Below, one piece after another: positions 50,437 to 62,455 of a stretch of DNA of 64,000 bases; position 1 is the first letter of the stretch; the number at the start of each line of letters is the position of its first letter. The position numbers were made by a program, and so were the translations under genes. The notes under the pieces are model-generated. The model was given only the letters and a program-made list of their open reading frames with translations, was not told the DNA's origin and searched no databases. The DNA comes from the human T2T-CHM13v2.0 reference genome, Homo sapiens: NCBI RefSeq assembly GCF_009914755.1, contig NC_060947.1, one strand, 5' to 3'.

Positions 50437-53400
50437 CACCTGCCTTAGGCCACTTAGTGAGCTGAGGGACTCCAAGTCAGTAAGAGGTTCCTGAGGGAAA
50501 GGGATGTGCCTCAGGAGAAACTTTAATGCCTGGAAACCACAGAGCGGGTGTGCAGCTGGGCGCATGAGGATCCCAGAAAGTGCCACAGACAGCACTAGAA
50601 CGGAGTGCTCAACCAGTGGTGCTGGGCTCATCGGCTAATCATGCGGGAAAAGAAGTGAAGTCACATCACTGTCTCTCACCTTGCACAAAAGTAAATTCCA
50701 GGCAGATCGATGAGACAAAACTCTGAATAGAAAGGTGTGAAAGAACGAGAAAACTGCCAAGGAGACTGTGTTCATGGGAAAGTGGGAAAGGCTGTCCTAA
50801 ACCTCACACCAAAACAAGAGGCAATAAGGGAAAATGGACCTCCAGGATGGAAAGGAGGCCATGAGCAGAGAGAGTAGGGAAGTGGCAGCCAGTGAGAAGA
50901 CACATCTGGCGTCTGTAACAGACGGGGCAAGGGCCGGCCCTCTGCAGCACTCTGCTGGACTCTGGTGCAGTGCCCATCTGCATCATAGAGCAGCCAGTGT
51001 CCCTCAGAAGAGAGGCAAGAGCAACCCCTTGCCACAGCTGCCCAACTCTTAGCCCAGTGGTGCATCGTCAGAGGGACGGACTGGGTGAGGGCTATGCTGG
51101 TCCAGGGTGGCACTTAAAAGTAAGGGGATCGTGGTGGATACTGCTTTGAGAGTGACACATAGCACCCCGGTGAGGGTCCCGTGTCTGAGACAGGACGTGC
51201 CTGCCGGGAAGCTGGTTGTCTGCAACCTTGTGTGCACTCACCTGGAGGGGGGCGGGGTGGGGGTGGCAAACCACAAAATCCCTAGGAGAGGCAGCAGGCT
51301 GGGGAGGGCACCTGAAGTTGGTCTGGAAGTCAGTCAGTGCCTACAGGCACCAAATGGAAACGTGCTCATAAGATAGATGAGAAGCAAAACTGAGGGCCCT
51401 TTCTGGAGGTGGAAGACAGCCTGTGGCGGCAGTTCCAGATTGACACAAGAGACGGGCTCAGGCTGGGGCGGCACCATCAAGGCAGAGCACTTCTCACAGA
51501 ATGTGGCAAGCTCAGGATTGATGACCTTTTCCAATGTTTGCCACGGGGAAGCCCAGAAAGGCTGTCTTTTGGTTGCAGCAGGCAGGTATGCATTGTGATT
51601 GATGGCTCAGGGCTGTTTTTATGTTTGCGTTACATATGGAATGGGGGCACCGGCGCTCTTGCCAGTGCTGAGAACCTCTCAGTGTCTTGATCAGGCCCTG
51701 GGAGGCAGGCATGCTCCCGACTCCCCCCGCGCATCCCAGGGAGGCAGAATCCACGGGAACTGGGCTCGTACCCAGGCACTGCAACCAGTCAGGGGATGAG
51801 GGGCAGGACAGAAGGGCTGTGCGTGAGTGCTTTCGGGAGGGCAGTGCCAGCAAATGGACAGGAGGGTTTTGACTTGGGCCAAGACAACGCCGTGGAGACA
51901 CTTGGACGCTGATGGGCTTTTCTGTGACAGAGTTTGCTCAGGAGATGGGCAGAAAGCCTCTGGGGCGCTCCCTGAGTTAGGACTCAGCTGCGGCCTCACG
52001 GTGTCAAGTGCCTCAGCGATGGTGGACAAGCGCACGTAAAGGGAAACTTGGTAGCGTGCAGGGAAGTAGGGAGGTGCATGCTAATTCGGGACCACAGGCT
52101 AGGAGGATGGCTTTGTGCTCAAAGAGACTGAGCAATGAGGTGTCACTAAAGACAGCATTGGCGAAGCAGGCTCCACTGGGAAAAGTGCATGCGGAGCTGT
52201 CTGCAGGGAAATCCCCTTTGAAATCAGATTGCCCAGCCAAACTGCGGCTGGCTTGGGAGAAAGGGTGGTCCTTCTGACAGCTCTTAGGAACCCTTAGGAA
52301 CCGGGACAGGGCTCCCAGAGCCAGCCAAGGAAGCCCCAGCAGTGTGAGCCTTGACAGGGGATGTGGTGTCACAACAACTGCAAGTCACTTGTTGGCCATC
52401 CCAGGCACCAGGGCCTGGGAAGAGGTCTGGTCCCCATTCCAGGTGGGAGGGTTTCCCAGAGTTGGTCAGGGGACCCGGCAGGCACTCAGGCCGTCTGGCC
52501 AGCATGGACTGTGGGGCAGATGGTACAAGCAGGAAAGTTGTAACCCACCTGGAAGGCAAGCTGCGGGGGGAAGGGAGAATAAGACAAGAAAAGAAAGCTT
52601 TGTTCTGTGTGGAACAGAACAAGCAGAATGCCCAGCACCACAGAGATCGCGGCTGCCCAGGACACAGTGACCCACAGCAGCAGCCCTGGGAGACCGAGAG
52701 GGCACCGGGCACGGCAGCAGCCTTGCCCAAGGGGAAGCAGATGTGTTTACTGGGTTTGCCATGGCTTTAGGGAAGGGGACCACTTCTTGACACATCACAA
52801 ACATGCAGGGAACCTGGCTTTGCTGATTCAGGGGCTAAACCTGCTGGGCGGGATCTGGTAATGTTGGAGGTGGGGGCGGGGCAGAACGAGCTGCCCTGAC
52901 CCATGGAGTGCTTCTGCGCCCACGGGCTCTTCCTTTCCTGGCAAGGTGCAGGCACCTCAGATGGAGAGTGTGGAGGTGTCTCCGGATGGATGGAGTGGCC
53001 ACGGTCGTGCCAAGTGCCCTCAGCATCTGCCCTATCACCCCCGCAGGTAGTTGATGGAGGGCTCCACTGTCCCCTTCCTGGGTCCCACCACAGGTAGTGG
53101 GGATATGGAAGAAAGGAGGTTGCTCCAAAGGGAGCAGCGGCCAACCCTCTCACTCTGCCAGGAAGTAGCGCTGGGGATCCCAAGGAAGAGAGAAGGAGGG
53201 CTGGAAGCAGATTTCCCCCTGGCTTCGCAGGAGGGATAGAACTACACAGGGTAGGTGCTGGGCAAGCGGCAACCTTTATCGCCATCATTGTGCAATAAAT
53301 GCGCCCCGATGCGTGGTAGAGCGCCCCCACCCGTTCCACCCCGGTCCCCATCCCCACGTCGGGATGCGCCGACAATCGAAAAGGCCAGGGTTACTGACCT

Positions 53401-53774
53401 TTCTCTCCAGGCTGGCAGTCAAGGAAAAGACATTAAGAAGGGATTTCTCTGTGCCGGGGCACGGTGCTGCCTGCTCCACGGGTGTTGTCTCTTTCAGTCC
53501 TCTCAACATTCCATCCTAATTCCACGAACTCCCCCGCTGTGCCCCTCCCCTTCCCCCACCCCCGCCTCCAGCCCCTTCTTGAAGTTTATTCTGAGCACTG
53601 CAGCCCCTCTCTATCCCTGCCTCCTGTGAGCACCGATAAGCCTGCATTTGTCACGGAGCAGACGTTCCAGTCAGCTGGCGTTTACCGTGCTTTTTTTTTT
53701 GTCCTTCTCTCCGTGCAGACTGTAAACTCAAGGACAAGGACCATGACTCTTTTCTGCCAATCAAAGCACACAAC

Positions 53775-53780
53775 TTTATT
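53775..53780 (-). terminator. ARMCX6: ARMCX6 polyadenylation signal AATAAA
   Basis: TTTATT on the plus strand ~570 nt after the stop codon; mirror copy at 37260-37265. Confidence 0.65.
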
Positions 53781-54347
53781 GATGATACACACAGATGCGG
53801 ACTTGGGTGGAAGAGGTTAAGTCGGTACAATAGACAGAAGAGCAGTGCACTTTTTTGATGAATAGGTTCACTATCCATCAGGCGCGTGTAGAAGAAAGAG
53901 CAAACGAAAAATAATTCAACCTAAGCTGCAACAAATGCATTTTCAGCTCAAGCCGCGATATGCCTCTGGTCTCTGCAAAGCGGTCCCGCTTGGACAGGGA
54001 GACCACCACAGGCAACAATAGCACTCGTGATGCTGTAATTTGATGTTCTTTGTCCACAGCAGGCAGCTGAAGTGATCCCCTCACCACATGAAGGAGGCTG
54101 CAAGGGAGGAATTTACAATGCCAACATTGCCTGCAGACTGCACAACCAAGAAGTTACTCAAAGCTCTGTGGGAGCCCCTGCCTGGCCAATAAGAGTGTGG
54201 TCCTGGATTGAGCCCTGGAACTTTCACCCAATGAGGTGGTGATTGGCTAAGGCTGGATCTTCAGTAGCACCCTCTGCAGATTCTTTGACATCTGCAAACC
54301 AAGCGCGTTGTGGGTGGATTCCGTCCCATTGTGTTCGAGAGGGCCGT

Positions 54348-55250
54348 TTATGGGGCAGGGGTTTCCAGGAGAATCTCTCTGTTTCCATTTCTGATAAAGA
54401 GGGACATGAATGAGAAGAGCATCTGGGCACCGACTAACTCCCCCGCCAAGACTGGCTTTTCAGACAAACCCATCAGCGGTTTCAAAACCTGAACCTTAGC
54501 ACATCCACTTCCCTCTGATATCAAAGGAAACTTCAAGTCTGAAGCGGACTTGGCAAGCATGTTATTAATAACTGTCATGCTTATTAACAAATTTAATCCG
54601 GCCTGCTGCAGAAATGAGTTGCAGCAACGTGACACAGTCTCCCGACACACTTCATTGATGTACATCTTAATCTGGCCCTGACTTTCAATACTCGCATTTA
54701 AGTTATCCGGGGCACACAAAGCCTCTCTAACAGTGGGGTCTGGAGTGGGGCTCGTGTTTCTAGCCATTGAGAGGCTGGCCAAATGGCTATTGATATCCTG
54801 GCTAAATGGAAAGCCCGCATCCTTGGGCTCGGCAAACAACAGTTTTCCCTGAATGAAAAGACACTTGGAGAGGTCCAGAACACAACTGCCATTTTTACAA
54901 TTTTGAGCACTCCAAGTATTTTTATGTTCATAGGGGAATGGCCGCTGTTTTATTGGGTGTGCTCGGTTGGCCTTGCCTCCCCCTGAGGGCCTGTCCTCAG
55001 TGCCACCTGGGGCCCCAGGTTCAGTCCAATCCCCATCCTCAGTCCAGGGCCGAGCCATAGTTTCAAAATCAAACCAAATATCAGGCTCCTCCTCATCCAG
55101 CTCCTGGTCATCGTCCCACTCCTCTTCCCCCTCCTCCTCCAGCTTCTCACTGTCATCTCTTCCTATGGTCAGTTTGTAAACGCAGTAGCAGGCACCAGCC
55201 CCAATCATCAGTCCTGCCGCCATCCAACCCACTTCCCGAGCCCGGCCCAT
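54348..55250 (-). CDS. ARMCX6: Armadillo repeat-containing X-linked protein 6 (300 aa, single coding exon, N-terminal TM/mitochondrial anchor)
   Basis: MGRAREVGWMAAGLMIGAGACYCVYKLT...ILLETPAP with the ARMCX N-terminal signature; last-exon acceptor TTTCACCCACAG|ATTC at 55397/55396. Confidence 0.95.
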   Translation of the reverse strand: MGRAREVGWMAAGLMIGAGACYCVYKLTIGRDDSEKLEEEGEEEWDDDQELDEEEPDIWFDFETMARPWTEDGDWTEPGAPGGTEDRPSGGGKANRAHPIKQRPFPYEHKNTWSAQNCKNGSCVLDLSKCLFIQGKLLFAEPKDAGFPFSQDINSHLASLSMARNTSPTPDPTVREALCAPDNLNASIESQGQIKMYINEVCRETVSRCCNSFLQQAGLNLLISMTVINNMLAKSASDLKFPLISEGSGCAKVQVLKPLMGLSEKPVLAGELVGAQMLFSFMSLFIRNGNREILLETPAP

Positions 55251-56132
55251 GCTCAAGTCTGTGCCAGCCTTGGGGCAGGACAGGAGAGGGCCTTGCTCCA
55301 CCTGATTGAAGAGGTCTCTCAGGTCCAGGGTGAGTAAGGATGGAGGGTAGCAGTCTTCAGCTTCTTCCAGGCTCTTGTAGCTCTCTTGTGATGAATCTGT
55401 GGGTGAAACAGAGTATTAGGGCTCGGGACTATGTTTGGCTTTGTGCCTCACAGACAGGGTGGATTTCGAGTTGGTGATAAAGGCAGATTAACAGGATACA
55501 ATTTCTTTGTTCTTTTCTTTTCTGTCTTCCTCTATCGACCTCAGGAGCCCCCATTTCTCTTCCTGGGTCCACAGGGAAGGGCAGGAGATGGGTCTCTGCT
55601 ATGATAGCTAGGAGGGTGACAGTGTGAGTACCTCTCAGGTAGTCTCCTACACCAGACCTCCACCCCCAAAGATTAAGGGCAGTTTCTCTCATTAACCTCT
55701 ACCAAAGTCAGATAAATTCCTTCGTTTTCCCTTGTCTTCTGTTGTCAGTGGTCCCTCCACGGTGATAGAGGATAGAGTCTGGCAGAAGGACAAATGCAAA
55801 GACAGGTAGGCGGCAATGGAGAAATGAAAGTGTAGTGGATGAACTGAGGACACAGGTCCCAATTTCTGTTTTTGTGAATTTTAGACACTTGAGTTTAAAA
55901 TATTTCTCATACTCTACTGACTTTCCGGACGCAGGCCTCCTCCGCCCCACTTGTCGTCCGCCATTTCCCCAGCAAAGGCCGCCACACCCCTTTCCCTGCA
56001 CTGAAATGGGAGTGGGTGTGGAGAAAGAAGGGGCCAGGAGAGGGCGACTCGGACCTGGCCCTCTCATATCCCAGCCCCCCTCCTCCGCCACCCCCACCCA
56101 TGGTCCTGGGCTAATCCCACCTTCACACTGAC

Positions 56133-56214
56133 CTGCAAGGTTCCAACCAAGGCAGTTTTCTCCTTCTCTCGCTGAAACTTGTGCCGAAACCTACAGGCCA
56201 ACAGACCTACAAAC
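56133..56214 (-). other. ARMCX6: Predicted ARMCX6 non-coding 5'UTR exon
   Basis: Acceptor CTTGTCTGTTTGCAG| (alternative AGs just downstream) and donor TTGCAG|GTCAGT. Confidence 0.55.
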
Positions 56215-56399
56215 CTGCAAACAGACAAGGGACCGAGGGGACGGAGTGCTTGGTGGACGGACCAGCACCCGGGACACTAGAACCTTTCTTTTCTCGGAGT
56301 CTCTGGAAACGCCATTCACTCCCCTCACCCCCACCCGAAACCCGCCACTTCTCTCTACTAAAATGAGCACGGGGTGGGGTGGGGGTGGGTAGCAGTATT

Positions 56400-56720
56400 T
56401 AGAAAGTAGGCGAGAAAGGGACCCAGCTGTGATCGGCCTGAACTCGGATCTGTGGCGTTCTTGGCCCTCTTCCACCCATACCTCCTCTCAAGCAGCGCCC
56501 ACCCTCGCACCGACCTGCACGGTCCGAGCTAGTTTCCTTCTTTCTTCACACGCCTGCAGAGTAATAGGGGGCTGGTACCCAGACGGAGGCGACTAGCAGG
56601 ACTTGTGCTCTAGGCGGCTCTTGGTCACGTGACGGCCACGTCACCAGTGCGCTCTGGCCCCCAATTTCCACTCCCACAAGCAGTGCGGCAGGCGCCAGCC
56701 TGCCTTGTATCTCCCCCTCA
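56400..56720 (-). promoter_or_regulatory. ARMCX6: ARMCX6 CpG-rich promoter and first exon, with a CRE half-site and a palindromic E-box
   Basis: TGACGT (56643-56638), GTCACGTGAC (56624-56633), donor GTGCAG|GTCGGT at 56515/56514. Confidence 0.75.
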
Positions 56721-56821
56721 ACCCCCACAGTGGGCCCTGTCACTTTTTTCCTCTGTAACAATACCAGAAACCAGAAGTGGCCCTGTCTTTCTGGTGTTTG
56801 AATTTATGTTTCTCTAATTCC

Positions 56822-56859
56822 AGGAAGGGGCAGCATCTTTAGGAAGGGGCAGCATCTTT
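56822..56859. repeat. Perfect 19-bp tandem duplication
   Basis: AGGAAGGGGCAGCATCTTT x2. Confidence 0.9.
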
Positions 56860-59800
56860 TCCTGAGTCTACCCTTCATTTACACTTCTTGGGGAATTGTC
56901 TCATCCTTTCCTTGGCTCTGAAACTTCTGCAGCCCCTTTCTTAAATTTCTACACTTTTCCGTGTTCAGTCTCTACACCAACATTGGGTGAGGGGGCAGAA
57001 ACGGAAGTCCAGGCAGTGGTGAGATTTTAATTAGTATTTTGATAACATTTAAGTTATATTTTGTCCTTTCTTTTTTATTGACTTGAACTACACTATTTTG
57101 TAATCGGAAAAAAAACAATAAAGCTTTTCCCACTTGGAGAAGAAATAATTCAAATCTTTTTTTTTTTTTACAGATATATATATATATAACATAAGCAAGA
57201 TTTCCCAGTTAATAGGAGGCCTCATTGATTTGATGAAGTTAGTTTGTATCAAGTTGAACATATTTTCTTCGGACTGCACAGGAAATAGCAGCTTTCAAAC
57301 AACATATTAAAATGTAAAAACACACCCTTAGAAACAAAACCAGTTGTGCTTTCAACATGATTTATAAATTGATGGATAAATGAATCTATACCGAGAAGGT
57401 CAGTGTTCTAATTTTGACCATTTTAAGTAAGTGAACTATTGTCCCTTTCTTTCTCCTGGCTGAACTCATAGTATTAGGTGTCAGATGACTGAGATCTTCA
57501 TAGAAGATTGCTGGGTGACTTTCACTCTGGCTTCAAAGGACAGATTTTATGCAGACCCCAACTTCAGATGAATCTTACATCTTCAGATGAACTTTACAGA
57601 TTAGTGACTCCACAGATTAGCCTGCCTTTCATTCACAGGGCTTTATTTACAATCTATTCTGAAGTTTGTGGTGCAACCTATAAATCTTCCAGAAATTACA
57701 GAATTTCCTGTTATCCTATTGATGAAAATGAGACTTGATAGAGGTAATTTTCTTTCCATCATGACACTGTTGGCGATCTCTCTGTTGTCTGCCATTCATG
57801 TATTTTATGCTACCCTAGCAGTGGTGAGTGTTCAGCATTTTCCAGTGGAGATGGTGGTGAGGGTCTGTGGGTGACTGGGAATCAGTGCAACACCCCTGAT
57901 GTCTGTGTCATTTTTTCCCCTCACAAGTGGAAGGGCAATGCACAGGATCTCAAGCAGTTGCCAGAAAAAAAGAGGACTTTTCATTTCCTGCCTTCTATTA
58001 CAACTTCATTGAGCCACCAGTACAAGCCCCTCAGAATAATCCCAAAACTCAGGGACCAAGTATGCAGAAGTTAGTCCTCATGCATCCACCTGTCCCTGCT
58101 GAGGAGTCATACTCTAAATATAGACACTCCAGGCAACCTCTTAGAACATTGAAATATGACACCCCAGAGGGAGGGGCTCCCCAGTGAGGGGTTCCTGTGT
58201 GGAGGAGGCCCTTTCAGGAGGCAAGCCAGGGAGTCCTAGTGCCTTGCTGGTGAATATTCAGAAGTCAATATGTCACAACTTTCTGGTCTTCCCCTTTTAT
58301 AGTCCAAACTCACCAATATCACATCTTATCTCTCTAAATCTTTACCTCATTTTTTTTTCATGACCCTTTATTAACTTCCCCTAGACAAGTGAATTATACT
58401 TATGAAGGCTTACTAACAGAACTCTCAGATTCAACAGTCCATCATTCAGTGTTTGGCTGCTAGGTAGTTGTATAAGTGGCTTTTGTTTGTTTTGAATATA
58501 TACATTAGAAAAAACTAAGGAGTATGTAAAGCTTAATAAAGACAGATGACTTGGTGTCACAGACATGGCTTTACAATAAGAACTCACTTTCACAACACTT
58601 AGCCAGGCTTCAAGGACAAAAACTTTACTCCTACCTCTCCTCAGTAGTATAAAATATCTCCACCCTTTTGGTATATTCTCCAGTTAGTCCGATGTATAAC
58701 TTCTCACTACCATTCTCCCAGTATGCCAGACCTTTCCTGGTTTGAATCCACTCCCTGTCTAAAACTTCCTAAAACCCCATGGTTATAAAAACCCTTTCAA
58801 TTCTCTTACCTCTTTGTTCTTCTGATCCACGATTCTATCAATTCCTACCTGGAGACTAGCATTAAAAAAAAAACTACTTTGCTCTCCATTATACATCTAC
58901 CAAGAAATATTTACTTAAGGACATGTTATAAGGCTCACATACCTTTCAAAAGTGAGAAAGGAAAATGCTTAAAGAAGTCCTCAGACACTACTGTTAAAAG
59001 TTTCTGAGTCCGCAAAAAACTACTGTGAAACCACTGCCAAAACAAAACTTTTGGCTTAAATCAGTTCACATGTGATATGTAACTTACAAAGCACCCAGAA
59101 ACAAAAAACGACCAGCAAATGGTGACACTAATGGAATTGTGGAGGGTGAAAAAAATAAATTATAGAAGGTTGTTATCTTGAAAAGTTATATTACTTTTTG
59201 TATTGTGTAATTTTGGTATTGTGTCTTACTTAAGGTTGTTTGGTTGCAAGCAACAGAGAACAAGCCTGGTTAACTTAAGGAGGAAATGTTGAAGACAAGG
59301 CTCATCTCCGAGGGGTTTAGGTAGAAGGAATTGATAGACGTCTTTTCAGGATGTCATAAGTCCACCGGTTTTCAGGTTTTTATCTCTCTAATGAAGATTG
59401 AAATTTTAGTAAGGCAGCTTTTGGTTGTTCTGTTTTGAGCACAATACCCACCCTTTTGCTGAGGAAAACAATAGGGTCAGTAAAATGTAAAATGCACTTC
59501 CTTTCTTTTCCCAGGGAGAAATTTAAACTGTTTCAGATGTTGTTGTTGATTTGCAGGAGCCCTTTTATCACTTTGAAAATTAACCTTTTGTTTATCTATA
59601 ACGGTAGTGCTGGGGGCATAATATGCCACAGAGTATCTTAGTTGTAATTTCCACCATTAACTAAACATTAGAAAGGTATGGTTATGAAATGGTGATGCAC
59701 AAGGTTGTCCTTTGAGCCAAGGCCATCTGGCTTCTCCCACAGGATTCCCCCAAGGTTGCGTCTACAGTTCAGGGTCTCTTCCTCAGTATTGCATGACCAA

Positions 59801-61679
59801 ATCCTGATTTTGTTTGTATGCTGAGAAGAATTGCCTCTGGATGCCTCAAGGAAAGACTCCCATTCATAGAGACTTATATATAAACAGATCTGAATGCTCA
59901 AACCTAGGGATCTCTGCATTCTCTCCCCATAAGTAGACCACAAGGGAAGCTGTTTCAACAGGAGTGACAACTGAATAATTTGCCCTCAGAAATACAATTG
60001 TCAGGGGGTACTGGAGGTTTCCGTCAGTCTTACCTGCCTATTCTTTCCCTGTAGACAAGCTACTACTTGGGAAACCACAACCTTAGAAGGTTGTTTGGTG
60101 AGCCTGCAATCAGAGCAAGGGTATTTGTTCATTTTAAGAAGGGGGTTTCAGCTGAGGACGCATGAAGTACTATTACACATCATGGGCATGACTCTGCCAG
60201 AGAAAGTGAAATGTTCCATTCTCCTTAGCCAACACTTTTTCTCCTCCAGGCAGTGCTTGGGTGGGAAATACCAACACTTTCTTCTGACTGTCCTTTTCAT
60301 ATATTCCTATGCTTGAATAAGCCCCTTTGCTACACATGATCTTTCTCTAAACACAGGATCATATAGTTGATTTGGTTTCTGTTTACTAAATAAATTTCAA
60401 TCACATTCTAGTACTGCCTCCCAGAAGTTACACAGATATGAATTTTCCTGGGGGTTTGCCTGTTCTCAACTTCCTCAGTCTCTTGATTTACTCCCATATT
60501 GTCTGTGTATTTTAAAAGTTATACTCAAATAATAACCTTTTATTCAAACTATTAGTGAATATCTCACTGAAGACCCTATGTTCTGAAAAGCTATATTACT
60601 TTTTGTATTGTTACCTGTTTTTGTGTTGTGCTTTAGTTAAGGTGGTTTGGTTGCAAGCAACTGAAATCAAATCTGGTTAACTTAAATAATGAGGGGATGT
60701 AATTATTTTATTCCTTTTCCTACTTTAAAAAAGGTAAATCATTGATGATGGGTGAATTATTCAGTTTATCAAACCAGTAAGTAAAATAGTTTCATACTAA
60801 TTGCTAGGTCCCAGTTTCAGCCAATTTTGTCTTGGTCTGTGTTCCTCTAATACTTATTTCATTTATAGATGATATTCTCTATTTTGCCCAAGCATATTTT
60901 GTAATGTTCTTTTTATGCACACTCATTTTTTCAGTGTGCATGCTTTATCTCACAGATACCTACTGTGCACTTATGTTTTCTCCTCAGTTTTTTTTTTTTC
61001 TGCGTTCTGGCTTTTGTGGGTTTAATGCCTCCTCCTTGCTAATGGGTGCAGGTGAAAGTCTGTAGCTCTCCTATTCAGAAGACTGGTCTAGTCAGAAGAC
61101 TTACGTATTGCCAGACACACTGATTAGCTCACTCAGGGCTGTGCTGTGTGCTAGGCCCCAGAAGACATTAAGATTGCTTTGAGTGAAGTGTGTAACACTC
61201 TCCACCAAGTGAGAAAATGTGGGACTTTTGGAGGCCATCACCCAACATCATTCTTCAGCCTCCACTCATTTTTTTCTAAAATGGAAATAGCTTTATAGTA
61301 TTTTTTTTTCTCATAAAAAGAATGCAGGCTGGGGGTGGGGGAGGACGGAACAAAAATAACAAAGTATTAAGAAAGTAAAAACCACACTCTCATTCCAGAT
61401 TTTCTTTTCTGATCGCTTGTTCCTTTCAGATCTGGGACTAGATTTCAGAGGAAATGGTAGACTTTCATAGCTCGGGGGAGGGGAGGTGGAGGGAGAGGCT
61501 GCTGTCCCAGGAGCCTAGGGAAGGAAGAGGCAATTTTTCATAAAAGTACAAGTGGCCCATAGCCCCAGGGGAAGATGCCGTCCCTTTCTGGTAATCGGTG
61601 GAAGGGAAACACAACTACAAGGTGATGAGATTATCGAAGAAGAAAGAGTAATAAGGCCTGGTGTGGGGGAGGGAAAGGA

Positions 61680-61907
61680 GGGGGGCGGGCCCTCTTCTGC
61701 CGCACTGCTGGTGGGAGGGGAAATTGGGGACCCGAGTTGGTGGATGACGTAGCCCTCACGTGACCAAGAGCTGACGTGTGCAGAAGTCCTTCTTGTCCTG
61801 GTCGTTGTTCCCGTCTGAGTACCAGCTCCCCACTGCCCTGAGGGCGGGCCGGCCTGCGGCGGAGGGAAAAAGGAAGAGGAGAAGGAAATTGTCCCGAATC
61901 CCTGCAG
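61680..61907 (+). promoter_or_regulatory. ARMCX3: ARMCX3 CpG-island promoter and first exon
   Basis: GC box GGGGCGGG, TGACGT (61745-61750), TCACGTGAC (61756-61764), a second TGACGT at 61772; donor CCTGCAG|GTCAGT at 61907/61908. Confidence 0.75.
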
Positions 61908-62455
61908 GTCAGTACCTGGAAGATTCCATAAAGTCGGGGTGCTTGAGGGCGTAGGGCCGAGACCGTCGCGGGTACTGAGGCGCCTCCGTCGTCTCTCCCA
62001 CTCGCCGCCCGCTTTCCAAGACATATGTCCCGCTTGCAGCCCATTTCGATGCTGCGAAACGGTGAGCTGCGGGGTGTTTGGGGAAGAGCTCAGAGACTGG
62101 GAAATGGGAATCTGCTGGGAGCCTAGGGCCGCAATCCGGAAAGGGAGCTGTGGCCTGGGTGTTGGCCCCTAGTCCACCAGGACAGTGCCGGAGGGGAATG
62201 GCTGGATATGGGGGCGGGGGTGGTGAGATGCAACGCGATATGTCAGCAGAACCCCAAGAGAGGTAATAGGGGTGGGAAACCTCTGACAACCAGGCCTCCG
62301 AATTAGAAAAGAGTTTTGTGTTCTGGGGACTAGTCCGTCCACCAAGCGCTCAGTGGCGGCAGTTTCCCGTCTTTCTGCCTGTGGCTGTGTCTTACTGACC
62401 ATGGCTCTGTGTCTAGTGGGTCCAAGCCTCTCCCGGGTGGCCAGTCTTTCTGTAG

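Larger units (their letters stand above)
50220..54897 (-). repeat. Right arm of the inverted repeat; contains ARMCX6 codons ~119-300, the 3'UTR and 3' flank
   Basis: Reverse complement of 36143-40814. Confidence 0.97.

Noticed and set aside
55251-55301. 17-codon N-terminal extension of ARMCX6 in the ORF track
   Set aside because: It starts at a GTG. The ATG at 55250 begins the family signature MGxARxVGW shared with ARMCX3, so it is the likely start.
56640-61770. Single bidirectional promoter for ARMCX6 and ARMCX3
   Set aside because: The two CpG-rich cores are ~5.1 kb apart, separated by AT-rich DNA, and each has its own motif set.
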